Shown: positions 1 to 13,249 of the stretch, in pieces | How the letters are laid out: each line of letters opens with the position of its first letter | How positions within the stretch are numbered: position 1 is the first letter of the stretch | Assembly (NCBI GenBank): GCA_036172245.1 | Contig: JAYWIR010000001.1 | Coordinates: 5,828,001-5,892,000 of the forward strand | DNA from: Raillietiella orientalis | Lineage: Eukaryota | DNA length: 64,000 nucleotides | Direction of reading: 5' to 3' | The notes under the pieces: generated by a model | The model's input: only the letters and a program-made list of their open reading frames with translations | Told to the model about the DNA's origin: nothing | Databases searched by the model: none | Program-made: the position numbers and the translations under genes

Positions 1-600
1 CACTCGAATCACGTAGGCCGATGCTGAGGAGCCGAGGCAGGCCGCTGCCGATTCTGAGAAGAGCCTGCTCCCCGAAGACGCCGCAGTTCAGCCTCCACAT
101 CGGCAACTGCGTCATTGAACAGGAATTCCGCTGGCCATCCCTTCAGTGAAATTTCCCTCCATTCCAACACTGTCGCCCTATCAAGAAGCTACCTATGAAG
201 GAGATCCATACGGTTCAGACGACGCTCCCTAGCAACCTCAATCGACTTTGCGCCTCTCCAGAAATCAAGGGACGCCAAGAGTCTTCTTCACCCCCTTCCT
301 GCATCGTGGCACTTCCCGCCGCAACCGGAAATTCAGATCCGCAAGGAACGGAGGCTTCGCCCTGGCGCGATCCGCCTCCGCTTGTGCTGCCAACCAAACA
401 TCGAATAGTCACGCGACCTCAGCACGGTCCAAAGCACCACAGCTGCTTGTCGTTCCACTGCCTCGCTTCGCTCTTAAGAAAATGTCCTCGAGGGAAACAT
501 TTCCGGAGAACAGCTGCCAAAAATTCCTCGCCCTGTTCCCGCTAACCTATGCTTCCGACTCTCCCCTCCCCCCCTTCCGATTGGAACACGACTTCCTGTT
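1..600 (+). mobile_element. Decayed L1/Tx1-like LINE ORF2 fragment (post-RT region), truncated by window start
   Basis: Across a frameshift it reads KLPMKEIHTVQTTLPSNLNRL then FFTPFLHRGTSRRNRKFRSARNGGFAL. This resembles the L1/Tx1 post-RT pattern LS..GR...NTL..SKL...FLW.G......GGLGL also seen at 7040 and 34200. Confidence 0.4.
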
Positions 601-2599
601 AGTCACACCACGTACACCCAGCAGCAGCCCCCCAAACAAAGCTTTCCTTGGTGTGAACACCCTCTAGCGGCCGCCTCAAAGCCCACACACTCTGCTTTTT
701 CAATCTCCGAGAATTGGCTCTGAGGCGAACACAAAAAAAAAAAAAAATCTCCCCCTGTTCTTCCGGTTACTAGAAACACGGGTTGACACTCTGTCGTGCC
801 ACACGCAGAAGCAATCCTATTTAACTCTCCGGCATCTGAGCACCGCGTGTGCGTCGCCGTCTCCGTTTCACCTCGCGTTGCCCCGCAACAGAAACCTAGA
901 CGGATGCAATTTGCCGTCTCTCTCTCTCTCTTTCTCTCTCTCCAAGGAACGGATGCATTGCCAACCATCCCACACGCACTCGCCCACAAGCAGTGCACCG
1001 CCGTCGTCGATGTGCGGAGCGACCTGGCGAGACCCCATCCCGTCCCCCTTCACCGCCCACCGCGTTACGATCTGAATGGCTTCGACGATTGCGAGGTCCA
1101 GTCTGCCATTCACGGATAAATGTACACTTACAGCATCGCATCAATACAAACTCCCACCTACGCATCCAAGATCAACGCAGCGCTTCCTCCTCCACCCTTT
1201 CTCGCGCGCTGCATCCCCGATTGGAATACCAAATTACCCCTCATTAAGGAAATCATTTGCTTCCAGATAATCGAAAGAACGATGTACAAACACGGGAGGA
1301 TGCGGTTCCTTGTGGGGTTTATCCATTAAGAAGCGTGCCCCACTAATAGAGCCCAGCACAGGCGAATCACGGAACTGCCATAGCCCCATCCCTTCCTTGT
1401 CCATTGTCTGCACTAGAGTGCCTAATTCTATTTCACAAACTGATTTCCTTAGGACAGCTACACAGGAAAGCCATAATTCCATTACAAAAGGGCAATGCCA
1501 ACGATGACTCCTACGGTTGACCCCATCTGCCGGAGCGGAATCCTGCAACCGTTTCCCAGCAACCACCAGCTCGAAATCGGCCTTGCATCCGCGACGAAAC
1601 GCTGCGGATGCGAAACCCACTCGGTCGGACCCATCACGCGCGCCCATCACGTCGCAAAAGGCTGACGATAAATCAAATTCGTCTCCGGCACATTCGGATG
1701 CTGCATTCGGTGCACGTGTTCGTCCGCGCTACACTCGGCAACGCGTCGGCCAGGAAGTCGGTCGTCCGCTTCCTCGCGTCTCGAGCAAAGTGTTCCCGCC
1801 AAAAAAAAAAAAAAAAAAAGAAGCAGTTCGCTCGATTTCCCGTCGAACAAAGACGGAGGAGAGCCGATCCCAATTACCAGATAATCGTTGGTCTCAAGAA
1901 AGTGCAACGGCTTTTGGCTAACTTTCAGCGCACCTCGCAGCAGCCTCGGAGCATCTTCTCCTTGCATCACGCAAGCGCAGGCAACCGCTGAAACACCGTG
2001 ATGCAAATCAGCGGCCGCCCTCTCTGCAAGTCGACTCTCGGTGGACTCCTCGTGGACGCCATTTACCGTGCATCTTCCCAGCTGACTTTTTACGATGTTG
2101 TAGATGACCGCATGCTATCTTTATTTGCATTTTATTACGCCGCGGCGTCCTCGCACAGACGTACGTTGAGATGAATACTCTCCGGAGATATTCATCTATC
2201 TGATTCTATTGAGATCTTACTGCAAACGTCACATAAAACTCCGGGTGCCAGCTAAATGCATTTAATTAAATAACTGTCGATTAACATGATGTGCGACACT
2301 GTGCAATCTGCCGGCTTGCTCGAATCCCAAATTTAAGGCACGCGTTTCTGACACACTTGGCAACACGTTGGTCACGAACCAAAAGACGTGTGTTCCTTCT
2401 CCCTCTCCCGCGCACGACGTGTTCCCGGCAAAGCGAAGGTGGACAACGGATGCTCATCACCAAGCGGGCGTTCAAAGCGCAGCGCCTCGAGGCTGATTTT
2501 CTGACCCCTTTCGAGGCTCCTGCTTCGCGCGCTGCTGCTGAGTCCCCCACTCCGCGCTGCGCGCGGGCACGCAGCTGGGTGTCGGAAAAGTGGACACGC

Positions 2600-2900
2600 C
2601 AGTTCGTCGACGTGCGCACGCTGCTGCGCCTCGCGCCAGCGCTCTTCGGTCGTTGATATCCCGGTACCAGACTATGTGCCACCGTATCCAAGGAAACCGT
2701 CGTCCACTCCTACAATCAGCTTTCCTGTAAAGGTGTCCATCTCCTCGGCAGTGCCCCCACAGCCTGGACCAAACGGAACATGGCGTGCCGGACTGGCACG
2801 GAGTCGGAAACCGAACTCCCAAGTCCCCTAGGTCTTGACCTGCAGTCCCGCCTCCAGAACCCATGGCCCAAGGGTCAGCCGCGGAGGTTCCTATCTTTTC
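2600..2900 (-). mobile_element. Possible decayed LINE ORF2 C-terminal zinc-finger remnant
   Basis: Minus-strand frames give WEFGFRLR..., LWGHCRGDGHLYRKADC and WIRWHIVWYR, loosely matching the CCHC C-terminus of L1-type ORF2. Many indels. Confidence 0.25.
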
Positions 2901-3149
2901 CGCGGAGCGGGTCATCATCTCCTCCTCCTCTTCCTCCTCCTCCATCTCTCCGCTTCCTTTGCTGGGTCGATCTGGACCAAACGCGGCTTCCGGCAGGATC
3001 CCTCTTTCCTTCCTTCTCCTCTTCTCTTCCTTCTCTTTCCTTCCTCTTCTTCTCTTCGTCCTCTTTTCTTCTTCCTCATCCCTCCTCTTCCTTTGCTAGG
3101 CTAACCTGCACCCAATGCAGATTCCGACAAGAAATTCCCAGGAATTCCG

Positions 3150-3700
3150 GGGTTGGTTGCCTTGGATCTGCGACCCTTTCGCCCTTCCCCTCCCCTGGCC
3201 AGGGAGGAGTAGGAAGGTTCCCGCCTGCCCTACGGAACCGGAGGCCCCCAAGGAGCTGTCGAAACCTCTCATGGTGAGACGCTGCTGCTATCCCGCAAGC
3301 TGGAGAAATCTCGTAGGGGAGAGGTGCTACGGGACACTCGGGTGCGGGATAGACCCTCCCCTGCGGAAGGTTCCCCACTTGGTTCCTCCAGACGCCTGCA
3401 GGAGGCGAAGGAGGAGGAGGAGGGTCAGGCCGCCGACCAGTCTAGCGTCCTCCTGGAGGTGGCGCGTTAGCGGGGAGTTCCGATCCGAAGGGGGAGCGTC
3501 GACCCGCCGATCCGGTCCACTCCCCTGCTTTCCCTCGTCTCCGGGTGCCGGGACGGGACGGTTCCCAGACTTCGGGAATGTTAGGCTCGGTCCGTCGTCG
3601 CCTCCTGGGAAGGGCAGCCGCCGCGAAAGGGGGGGGGAAGAACTTCCGGCCTATCCGGAAGCGAGGGTCGAGGGTGGGAAGGAGAGCTGCGGTCGCGCCC
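3150..3700 (-). mobile_element. Decayed gag/ORF1-like remnant
   Basis: Minus frames give WTGSAGRRSPFGSELP...ARLVGG...CRRL...NQVGNLPQ...APECP. This is the order TG.R...IP...LV..CCHC knuckle typical of L1/Tx1 ORF1, but frameshifted. Confidence 0.3.
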
Positions 3701-4079
3701 CGCCGGAAGGGAAGCGGGGCAGGAAGAAAAGGTCGGTGCTGCGTCCCCGGAGGTGGGGCAAAAGAGAAAGGGAAGGGAGGGGTAAAAAGGGAAAGGGAAG
3801 AAGGAAGTAGGGGGGGGGGGAGAGGAAGAGGAGTAAGGGGGAGAGGAAGAGGAGTAAAGGGGAAGGAAGGGGAGGAGAGAAAGGAGGCAGCGAGTCCTCG
3901 TCGCTCCTTCTCGACCGATAAACCAGGAGGGGAGGGGGGGAAACCAGAAGTTCTGCGTCGCGTTTCCCGGGATTCCTCCCGCTCAACGGCGGGAACCCTC
4001 CGCGCCGCCGCTTTCCCTCGTGGTTCCCGCGGCGAGAGAAGAGGGGAAGACAGAACTTTCGAGAGGAAGGAGCTTCCCC

Positions 4080-4640
4080 GAGCAAGGCCGATCGATCGAG
4101 GAGGAAAGCGGGATCGCCCCGGATGCGTTGCTAGGCGACGACGGAAGAAACCTCTGGACCTTTCCGACCTTGCGGGAGGAAAGGAAAGGAAGAGGAAGGG
4201 ATGAGGAGGGAGAGGAACGAAAGGGAATGGCGAGGGGGAGACCCCCCCTTCTGCCGCTGCTGGTGCCTCCACCAGGTCAACCCGCCTCGCTGCCGAGAAT
4301 GCAGCGGACACCTAAAGTGACGGCGACCGCCACTGGCGAGATCCATCGGAGACTCTTCGGGAGCACTCCCAGGGAGCAAGAGGTCTCTCTTCGGGTGCCC
4401 CCACCCCCTCAGCGGCCTCGTGGTCCAGCAGCAGATGCTGGAGGGATGGGAACGCGGGCCGCTCCCGCCTCGGGCAGGCGGGGGAGCCAACGCTCTCTGG
4501 CACAGGAGGCGGTCGGCCCGCCCGCAGCAACTTCCTCGGCGTCCTCAGGGTGGTGCGCACCAGCCGGGCAGCCGCGCTGCGAGACTCCCGCCGTAGAGCG
4601 TCGTTGGTGCCGCGGTGGCAGCAGGGAGTGCAGCTCCTGA
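4080..4640 (+). mobile_element. Decayed gag/ORF1-like remnant
   Basis: ORF 4020..4640 contains GIAPDALLG..RNLWTFPTLREER (RRM-like start), GEIHRRLFG and WCAPAGQPRC...EC (degenerate knuckle). Confidence 0.35.
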
Positions 4641-5599
4641 AGCATCGGTGGGTGCCTCCCTGGAGATAAAAGAAGCTTCACTGCTGCTGCCGCCGAGGTC
4701 GCGGCGTGCGGACTATGCGCCCTCCCTCCCCCTCTGTAGAGGAACTTTGACCGCAGGGGGGGACACCTCGCTCTACCCTCCTCCGGTGGCTCCGTCCGAG
4801 GGTGGTGCTGCGGTGGTCCTCTGGTCTTCCCGGCGCGCCCTCTGCTGCCCCGGACTCGCCGGCGCGGACCCGCATTTCCCCCCGGAAACCGCGCCCGGGG
4901 CTCTCCTCGCCGCACTGGTGGGAGGCAGTGGCTCTCCGAGAGGCCGCCAGCGCTCACCAGGTGGTGCGGCCTCGGCAACGGTGATCACCTTCCTCCTCCC
5001 CCCTAACGTCGAGTCGCCCGGGTCAGAGAGTCGGTCGGTGTCAGAGAAACGTGCCAGGAGGCGGTTCGGGGCAAGGAGGGAGAGGTGGGCGCCTCCGCCC
5101 TCCCTCCCCTGCTGGCAACCTCCGGATAGGTTCTCCAGTCGCCGGAGCAACCAGCAGCGGATGAGCGAGCGAGGTGGCGCAGCGTCCCATCGGCTCAGGG
5201 GGTGGTCCAGAAAGACCCGGTCCCTGACCCGCCAGGGGCTTGCCCCTCCCTCCTGAGTGGACGATGGCCAGCCCTTTCTCTGCTCCTAAATCGGTGTCCC
5301 TTCTGAGCGGCTGCGGGTCCGCTGCCTACCGCTGGTCCGGGAGAGCACCCCGTGCATCGGTCCGACCAGCAGCCGGACCAGCGCCTGCTACTTCGCCCCC
5401 TCCTCCCCCGTCGTCTAGTGACCACCTGGAGAAGCGAGAGGAGGAGTCGAATCGAGAAGGGGGGTCCGTGAAGGCGACCCTCAGGCTCTCGCGAGGTTGC
5501 ACCCCTCGTCGGAGCGCCCCCTAGTACCCTTTTTTTTGTTCCTGGGCGACGACTGGCGGCAGAAGCAAAAGTTTCAAGGGAGCCGTCCTCTCCGTCCTC

Positions 5600-6100
5600 G
5601 CCCGGGGCAGCGATCAGCAGATCTGGCCGAAGGACGGGACCGGAAGTCGCGCGCCTTAGGGACGAAGCGGGCGGGAAGGCGCGTTGCGGACCCTGCTAGG
5701 GGGCGCACCGCCAATCAAGAGTTGCGCAGGCGCGTGCTCCGAGGGACCCAGAGGAAGGCTGGAGGCGGTGCACGCGTATTTCCCGGAGGGCTTCCCCTAC
5801 TCCTCTGGGGAGTCGAGAGGCGAGAGGGAAGGCGGGGAGGGGAAGGCAGTTCGAAAGGGCTACTCCGGGAAGCGGCCTCAGCTACTCGGGGGGTCGGAAG
5901 GGGTTCCCTCCCCGGTGTCGCCCTTGAGCAGTGGGGCTCGCGCGTGAGCGTCTCTGCTTCATGTCCGCCTGGCGGCGCCCCGCCCTTCCCCTCTCCGAGC
6001 GCGCCAAGACTCCCGGAGCGAGGCGGAGTGGCAGCGCGCACTCCCCGCCGATCCGGCGGTTGCCGGGGCGACGGGGACTCCGCTCTCCAGTCGCTGCGTC
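5600..6100 (+). mobile_element. Decayed gag/ORF1-like remnant
   Basis: AVHAYFPEGFPY...GYSGKRPQL..EGVPSPVS.LSSGARA resembles the ORF1 pattern V.V..LPYE...TG.R.V...IPS...G.R. Confidence 0.3.
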
Positions 6101-6499
6101 CGAGGCCTCTCCTGCTGACTAATGCCCCTTCCTCCCCGAAATCGGGTAGGTGTCACCCCTTTCCGCGTTTGAGTCATCTTCCTGCCATCCGCAGCTGCTC
6201 CCGATGCCCTCGCAGCATCCGGCGGGCTGGGGCGGCTTTCGCTTCCCCCCTTCTTCCGCCGGGTGGAGTAGGCAGCACGTACCCTCGCCGCGCGGCGCGG
6301 CCGGGCCCTCCTCCTCCTCCTCCTCTCTCGTAGCGCCGGGAGCGCGAAAACAAAGGACCCTCCCTCCCGCCAAAGCGCCCTTTCGAGGAGCGCTCGGAAC
6401 CGCGCGCGCTTCCCGATCCCCTCCTCCCGCGCGGAGCATCCCCGAAGTCCCGCTTGTGGTGAGGTGTTGGGCCGCGGGAATGGTCTCACCGCGACGGAG

Positions 6500-6950
6500 G
6501 TCACCGCAAGGTCGGCGGGGTCGACGGGGTTCCCCCCCCCCTCTTCCCTTCCTCATGGCTGCTGTGTTTCGCCGTCTCTTTTCTCGCTCTTCCTGCACGC
6601 ATCCCTACTTCTTCGTGAGACCGCCTGTCCAAGGTGGCACTGGTGCCAACGCGTTTCCAGACTCGGAAGATCCCCAGCTGCTCGGCGCGAGAGTCGCCTG
6701 CTCAACCCTCTGAGGACGTCGTTTCCTCCCTCCTCTTGCTTGTGACGTTTCCGGTTATTCCCGGAAGTCCTCCGAGGCGGGTTCCGCCGAGTCGGCCGAA
6801 GTCTTCCGGGTTTAACGGTTGGTCGAGCTTTCCACCTTGCTCTGGAGTTTCTTTCCCAAACGGGGGCGGGGAAGTTCCCCTTCTTCCTCCTCCTCCCTTC
6901 CCTTCCTTCAACGCAGAAGCTGCTTGCTCCTCCGGGTTGTGTCAGCCCCT
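6500..6950 (+). mobile_element. Decayed gag/ORF1-like remnant immediately upstream of an ORF2 tail
   Basis: RKIPSC...LLLVTFPVIPGSPP resembles the IP.....LVV.PGRPP pre-knuckle motif. Confidence 0.3.
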
Positions 6951-7009
6951 TCCGTCCACTGTGGAGTTCCGCCGCAAGGTCCAAGCGCACCGCGGGGGGA
7001 GGGGAGGCG

Positions 7010-8440
7010 TCTCCCAAGAAGCTAAAAAGCGGACGAAGGACCTCCTACGAGTCGTCCTGTGGGGCAGTGGGAAGTCCCGAGTCCCGCTGATGGACTTCTG
7101 AGCTCCGCGGCGGGACGGAGGTCTCGGTCTCCTGACGCTGGAGTGGATGGAAATTCAGCTGCAATGGCGAACGATGGCAAGGCAATCTCAGAGAAGTACT
7201 GGAGCATCCTCTGGAGCGTTTCGTCACACCCCCTCGCCAGTCGCGTATCCCCGACGGAAAGGCCCGCGTCTTTCCTTTCGTGCTCGCGCCCGAAGATGCG
7301 AAGATGCGGTCTCCTTCTCGGTCGCACGATCACCTTAGCAAAGGAAAACGTCTGGATGGTCTGTTCCCCACCAACTCTGGTGCCTGGCTGGAGGAAACGG
7401 TAGGTACGTGGGCGAAGATCAATGAGCCGAGATCTCGAGACGTGGAACTGCCTGCAACGCGGCAGCCAGGCCCGCTACTCTCTGCAGAAGATCCTAGATT
7501 GTCCCTTGAGGAGCATGTGGGCGGAGACAATTCCCCTCGCTGCAGTGATGCCCTTTCTGAAGAGGGAAGTTGGCAGCAGCAAAACGCCGAGGTGGCAAGT
7601 CTCCTGAGAGATCTCAGGCAGACAAAAAATGATGAGTGGTTAGACACCATAGGGCAGCTGGAGGATGCTGCTACTCCAAGTGTCCTTCCACGAGGACTAC
7701 AGAGCTGGGGCGAGCTGTTCGGCATCCATCCGAAGACCTGGACAGAGTTGCTCTCCCTCGGAGCGGCAGGAGTCAGTACTTCTAGTGTCGCACTGGGAAA
7801 TTTCCTGCAGCCTACGCCTACACCACTGAATGCCGAGGAAGGCGAGCCCGGACCGTCGCAGGAGTGGAAAATGGAGGATCCGTCCTGCTGCACTCCTCGT
7901 AGACTGTGTTGCACTCCGGGGGAACACAGTTATGGGGGGAACGTTTCGGGATGACTCTCCGAATCCAGGTTGGCACCCTCAGGGACGTTTTACGGCTCCT
8001 CTTTGTGAGAGATGCCCTTCAGCCAGCCGCAGCCCTAGCAGCGCTTTGCTGCATCCGCGGGATTGTGGCGGCGTGGAGAGAAGTCAACAGAGGACGAAAC
8101 GAGAGGAACGCCATCCAGCTTGCAGTCTGATTCCTAAGGATAGCAGTGATCCCTCCTGGGAACTATTCGGATGGACTTTGCCGATATCCTGGAAAGGATG
8201 ATGGAGACTCCCTCCAGCGGACTGTAATCCCTTTTCGAGGCTCCGAAGTGTTTTTATTTATTGTCTTATTTCTTATTTTATTCCTCTTTTCTTTTTCTCC
8301 CCTTCTCCCCGCTGCCAGAGGTGAGCGTCGCTGGTCTGCGTAACGGCTGCCCGGCAGCTCCTTTGCAGAATCGGCTGTGGTGGGGCTACACGGCCCACCA
8401 CAAAAGTTGTAAGTTTGTTGTTATCAATAAATGCCCCAGC
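7010..8440 (+). mobile_element. L1/Tx1-like LINE 3' fragment: post-RT ORF2, 3'UTR and AATAAA (copy A), pseudogenised
   Basis: Reads LLRVVLWGSGKSRVPLMDF*APRRDGGLGLLTLEWMEIQLQWRT, WLEETVGTWAKINEP, WGELFGIHP and SSALLHPRDCGGVER. All are colinear with the copy at 32800-34310. AATAAA at 8426-8431. Confidence 0.75.
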
Positions 8441-9299
8441 GTGACCGAGTGGCAACAGCAAGGTCTGACGCCGTCCATCGTTACGAACGCTTCCCGTCTT
8501 CGCGACGCTGACGAGCTCGGCGCATCTCCACCTAACGGCACCCATAGCTGTCTAGGAGCATCTCGTACGGAGAAACGTAGAAACCTTGAATCCACGTGGC
8601 TCACATGATCCGTAAACAATACAAGCACGACGGGGCATTATTGGATGCACTCACATTCCCTCTGTCGTTCCCATTGTTGAATCGGATCCCCCATTTTGTT
8701 GGGTAGTGTTCATTGTTGAACTCGATTCTTCATCGCGTTCATTGTTGTACTGAAAGGATTTCAGGGTTGTTCGCCACAAAAGGTTTTCGCGCATCTCGAG
8801 TGTCCTTTCTTTTTCCTTGAGGGATTCGGCCCCATGGACGGAGTTGCGTTCCGACTGCTGCACCCTAGCAACAAGGGGCGTGACGGCGTGACGAAGGAAA
8901 AGAAAGAGGAAGAGGAGGAGAGGTGACGGGAAGGACAGGTGATGACGACGGCTGCGCGCACGCGCACTCCCCCTCTCCCCTCCCCCACGAGCTTTCGGGA
9001 GCCATAGGAGTTCGTGGCCGCGGGTGGCCTTTTCCCCTTGTGGGAAAGAAGACGGTCTTCCCCTCCCCCCGCTGCGCAGTACCCAGGCTAGTCCAGTCCG
9101 GGGCTGGACAAGCTCCGAGGGGGGGGGATAAGGCGGCGCACTCACCTCGTGCAGGCAAGCAGCAGCCTGGAATCGAACGGGAGGAGGGGCTACACCCACA
9201 CCCGGCAGCTTCAGCGTTCCCGGTGGTCCGCTGCAGCTGCTGTTTCCCACACCTCTCCTTCCTCCCGCACTCTGCGGAGGAGCAGTCCCTCCCTCCCGT

Positions 9300-9900
9300 T
9301 GCCAGGAAGGTGCGCGGAGGGACTTGACAAATAGACTGGGCCTTTCCTCGTCCACAGCTCCCAAAGTGCCCGGGAAGGGCTCCATTTTCAAAGGGATCCC
9401 GGAGGCCGATCTGCAGCCGCGCGACCCAAGATGTCTCCACTTTCCTCGCCGTCCACAAACGAAGGGGACTTGGGCGCAGCCTCGTTGCTGCTGCCGCTCC
9501 TCCCCTCCCATGGTGAAACCGTCTAGAGCGATGCAACGCACCTCCAGCCTAGCACCCCCACCCGTCGTGGGGTCTTCCTCACGAGTGTCCCGAAGAACCT
9601 CCCGACGAGAAGCTTCAGCCAGTCCCACTTCGGGCTGGCAAACCCTCGCAAAAGAGATCCTCCTCCCCTTCGCTCGGGGAGTCACGCGAAGCCCCGGGCG
9701 GAAGAGTCCACAGCTCCTTCTCTCTTCCCGCTCCACCCACCTGCTGGAGGGGGTGGAAAACCCCTGCTCGAGCGGGGGAAGGAAATAAGGCAGGGGACTT
9801 CGCCCTGTGACCCTCCTTTGCCCCCTTTCCTGGAGAAAGCCGGGTCTGTCGAAATATCCCGCTTCCCCTTTTCCGTTCCCTACCCCTCCCTGGGAAGGAA
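9300..9900 (-). mobile_element. Decayed gag/ORF1-like remnant, convergent with LINE copy A
   Basis: ORF 8651..9919(-) contains RISFARVCQPEV...EVLRDTREEDPTTGGGARLEV..DGFTMGG...QVPFVCGRRGKWRHLGSRGC (RRM-like region followed by a degenerate CX2CX4HX4C knuckle). Confidence 0.45.
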
Positions 9901-10999
9901 CGAAGTCGAAAGGGTTCACCCTCTTGGCTTTCCCCTCGGCACCGCAGCAGCGAGGCGAGGAGAAGGAACAGATGGGTCGGAGATCCCGCCGCTACCTTCC
10001 CCCCCCCCCGCCCCGTGGGCGACCGCGGTCCTTCGGCCTCCTCTTGAGCAAGCGGACGCGCGCACCTCGGGAGTTCGTCAGCATCCGGGTGTTGCCACGG
10101 TCGCGCGCACGGGCCCCGTATTCCTCCTCCTCCTCCTCCTCCTCCTCGTCGCCCTGCGGGATCTGGGACGGGGCGCAGTCCGCTGCCCGCGCCCCATTCA
10201 GGAGCCTTCCGCGGGGAGGAAGGAAAAGGTCCCGAGTTCCCCCTTCCCCTCCCAGGAAGTTCGGGGAAGGCGAACTCCACCCCCCACCTCCACCCCACCC
10301 CTTGTTTTCTGTGTGTGCTTGGAGACGCATCCGCGCGCCGCGGGGTCGGTCTCGCGCAGGGCAGCGTTCCCGAAGCACCAGCAAGTGCCAAACCGCGCCC
10401 CTCCCCTTTCCTGCTCCGACGGCGAGCTGCTGCGCTATTTATAGCGAGCGCGGCGGCTTCGTCTTCGCTCCGCGCGGTGTAGGCAAACCCGTCGGGCGCG
10501 GCAGCGGCGCGCGCGTGCGCGTTTGCGTGCAAGCAGGCCGGATGGATTCGACAGCGGGGCCGCTGCACCCGGCGCGTTCGCTGCTGTCGTCTTCGTCGCG
10601 GGGGTCGCTGCCGCCTGCTGCGACCACCTCCTCTCCACCCCACCCACCCTTCCTTGGGAGGAGCACCCCGAACTTTCGTTCCTTCTTCCACTCCACCCCA
10701 CCCCTCCCTTCCTCGTCCTTTCTCACCGAAGCGAGATGGAGAGGCGCAGCTTCCGGTTCCCCCCGCGACCACGGCGAAGATGACGTCGAGCCTTCCCCCT
10801 CCCCTCGGACGTGTGTGCCCCTGCCGACTGCTCTCCCGCTTGTGAGTCATCTCCCCCCCCCCCTTTTTTTTTTATCTGATCAGGGCAGCCTCTGCAGCGG
10901 GGAGGGGGAGGAAGGGGAGCGGGGAAGTAGGCAGGGAAGGCCCCGAACCCCCAGCGGGTTCAGCTGACCTGCCTTTCCATCGCACTGCTTACTTCGCTG

Positions 11000-11450
11000 C
11001 CTGTCCCCTGGCTGCCTTCCGCTCGCTGCTAGGAAGCCGGACAGCGGTAACCACTGGCAACCGCGGGGAGAGGGGAAGCCGCAGCGCGTCGTTCTTTCGC
11101 TGGCGGGGAGAACGCGCCTGGCTCCTCCCGCCCCACCGTCTGACCAGGCCGTTCCGGAAGCCCCGCCTGGAAAAATCCTCCTCTCCCTCCTCCCAGGTCG
11201 GTTTCTCCTTACTCTTCGGTGGGTTCGCCCTCCTGCCACCAGGAGCGCCGTGTCCTGTCGTTTCCCATAGTCACCCTCCCGCGCCCGGAAGGCGAGCCGC
11301 TCCTCCTGCTCTCGGCGGGCGTCAGATTTCCGGTTTCTTCCTCTCGCGGACGCCCCTCTCCACCGCACGCCGCCCCGACTCGTCCGTCCGCGGGCAGACC
11401 AGCCCCGAGGGAAGACGAGTCGCCGCCATCGTCCCCCCGCCTCCTGCCCG
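11000..11450 (+). mobile_element. Possible decayed gag/ORF1-like remnant
   Basis: LGGRQIS and SRGRPSP in adjacent frames resemble G.....V..GRPP.C. Very degenerate. Confidence 0.25.
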
Positions 11451-11949
11451 GGTGCTCTGACGCAGGAAGTTCCCCCCCCCCCTCCCGGCCAGAAGAAGTT
11501 CTTCCTCAGCGTGCGCGCCACCCCGAGAAGCCGTGCGGCTCGACCCCGTGCCCCCCCCGGTCCGCAGCCACGAATGCGCACGACTCGACCCGCCTCCCCC
11601 GAGGCAGTATGCGTTCCCCGAGGGTGCCCCGTCTTCCCCCTCAGCGCGGGAAGGAGGGCCACGCAGGCACTGCGCGCTCACCGTCGTCACCGTCTCCGCA
11701 GCTTCCCTGACCTCGAAAAAAAAAAAAAAAAAAAAGGAAAAAACCGAGTCGGTTGCCTAGAAGGCGCTGCGCAAGAGCCGGCGTTTCCATGGAGCTATTT
11801 AAAACGAGTTCCGAGCCATCTGGCGCGAAGCTGTACGCCCCACTCGTCGCTTCCCAAAGAACGGAACACCTCGTGTTGCTGGTCGTATTTTTAGCAGCAG
11901 CCTTCCCGCCGCCGTGAAGAGCTTCCCCTGCGGTCCGCCGCCAGCGCGT

Positions 11950-12350
11950 TTGCCGGTGCCATCTCCGTAGCGCTCGCGGACGTTTCTATTCCCCCCCCCC
12001 CCAAGTCCTCCACCGCCGCCGCCGTGACACGCTCCGGGGTCATCATCTTGGCCGCGTCAGTTACGGCGCGGCGCAACAACAACTGTTCGTCGACGTTCGT
12101 TTCCCGCAAGGGAAAGGTGGTTAGCCTCTTCCTAGCGGACTTCCTTCCTCCCCCCCCCCGGGGGAAAGGGGGAGGGCTCCCCCAACCCCCCGTCAACGGC
12201 CAGCAGCAGCTCCTCGCCCACGAGACCCGGGGTGGAGGGTGCCGCTCCCTTCTGTCCAGCAAGCGTGCCGCACGCCCCTCCGTGTACGGCAGCCGCGACG
12301 ATCCCTCGAAGCAGCAGGGGCGGCTCTTTGCGCCCTTTCCCTGCCCCACT
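11950..12350 (-). mobile_element. Decayed gag/ORF1-like zinc-knuckle remnant
   Basis: ORF 11891..12349(-) SRPCCFEG...RERHP..VSWAR resembles GRPP.CF.C...GH...SYA. Confidence 0.3.
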
Positions 12351-12374
12351 TCGTCGTACCGATTCGTGCGGAAA

Positions 12375-12426
<52 letters not shown>
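12375..12426. repeat. (CTG/CAG)n trinucleotide microsatellite, ~17 units
   Basis: Uninterrupted gctgctg... run read directly. Confidence 0.95.
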
Positions 12427-12734
12427 ACGCTCCTCACGTGATCAGGGGAAAAGCCCCGTCGTCCCGCGTCTTCGTTAGGGGACTGAATGGCGATAATGAT
12501 GGCCATCGCTCCGCAACGAAGTGTTCGGCGCTTTGATCTTCCGGCGCAGCTAGGCGAGCTTTTTCGGAGGAACCTGGAGGATGAGGAGGAGGGGGGAGAG
12601 GTTTTCCGACGGGTGGTCTGTTGCGCAGCGCGCGCCACGACGGGGAGGAGGCAACTCGGTTTTTGTTCAAAGGCCGGGACCTTGAAACGGCAGCAGGAGC
12701 GCGTGGCAAATGCTGTTCGAACTTAATCACGTGC

Positions 12735-12736
<2 letters not shown>

Positions 12737-12780
<44 letters not shown>
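12737..12780. repeat. Poly(A) run of 44 nt
   Basis: Read directly. It is the longest of many A/T homopolymers in the window. Confidence 0.95.
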
Positions 12781-12781
<1 letters not shown>

Positions 12782-13249
12782 GCAAATTGCAGATGCTTAC
12801 GTCGCTAGGATACGGCCAGCGACTTGCTGTGCACAAACTCGCATCCCGGAGAACCTTTCCGTTCCCCCATCTGGCGGCGAGTTTCCAGACCAATTTTTCT
12901 GCTCGATGAACTGCTCCTTCCCCGCCAGATGGCTCCGCGCGCCTCTCGCTTCGCTGGAATCGCTGAACCCGGTGGTGGGTAGGAGAAAGCTCTTCGTCGC
13001 AGTCGGTTAGCGCCTGTCCGCTTGGGAAAGGTCCGAGGCTCCACGCACACCGTTTTTTCAAGGTTCAAAAGCTTTTCCGTTCACGCCCCCTGGTTTCGCC
13101 TGTCCAGCTGTTAGGCGAGGTGGTCAGAACTTACGTCAGCAAGTCACACAGCGAGGAGCGTTAATGGCCAGTTTCGAACAGTCCGCGATGGCCACGCGCA
13201 CGCGGGTGAAAAGAAAGACGAGAGAGAGCTCAGCTGCAGGCTGCCGTCT

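Noticed and set aside
1120..1329. Chromodomain-like look of IKEIICFQIIERTMYKHGRMRFLV
   Set aside because: It lacks the conserved KW.GY and downstream W.P motifs, and there is no integrase context.
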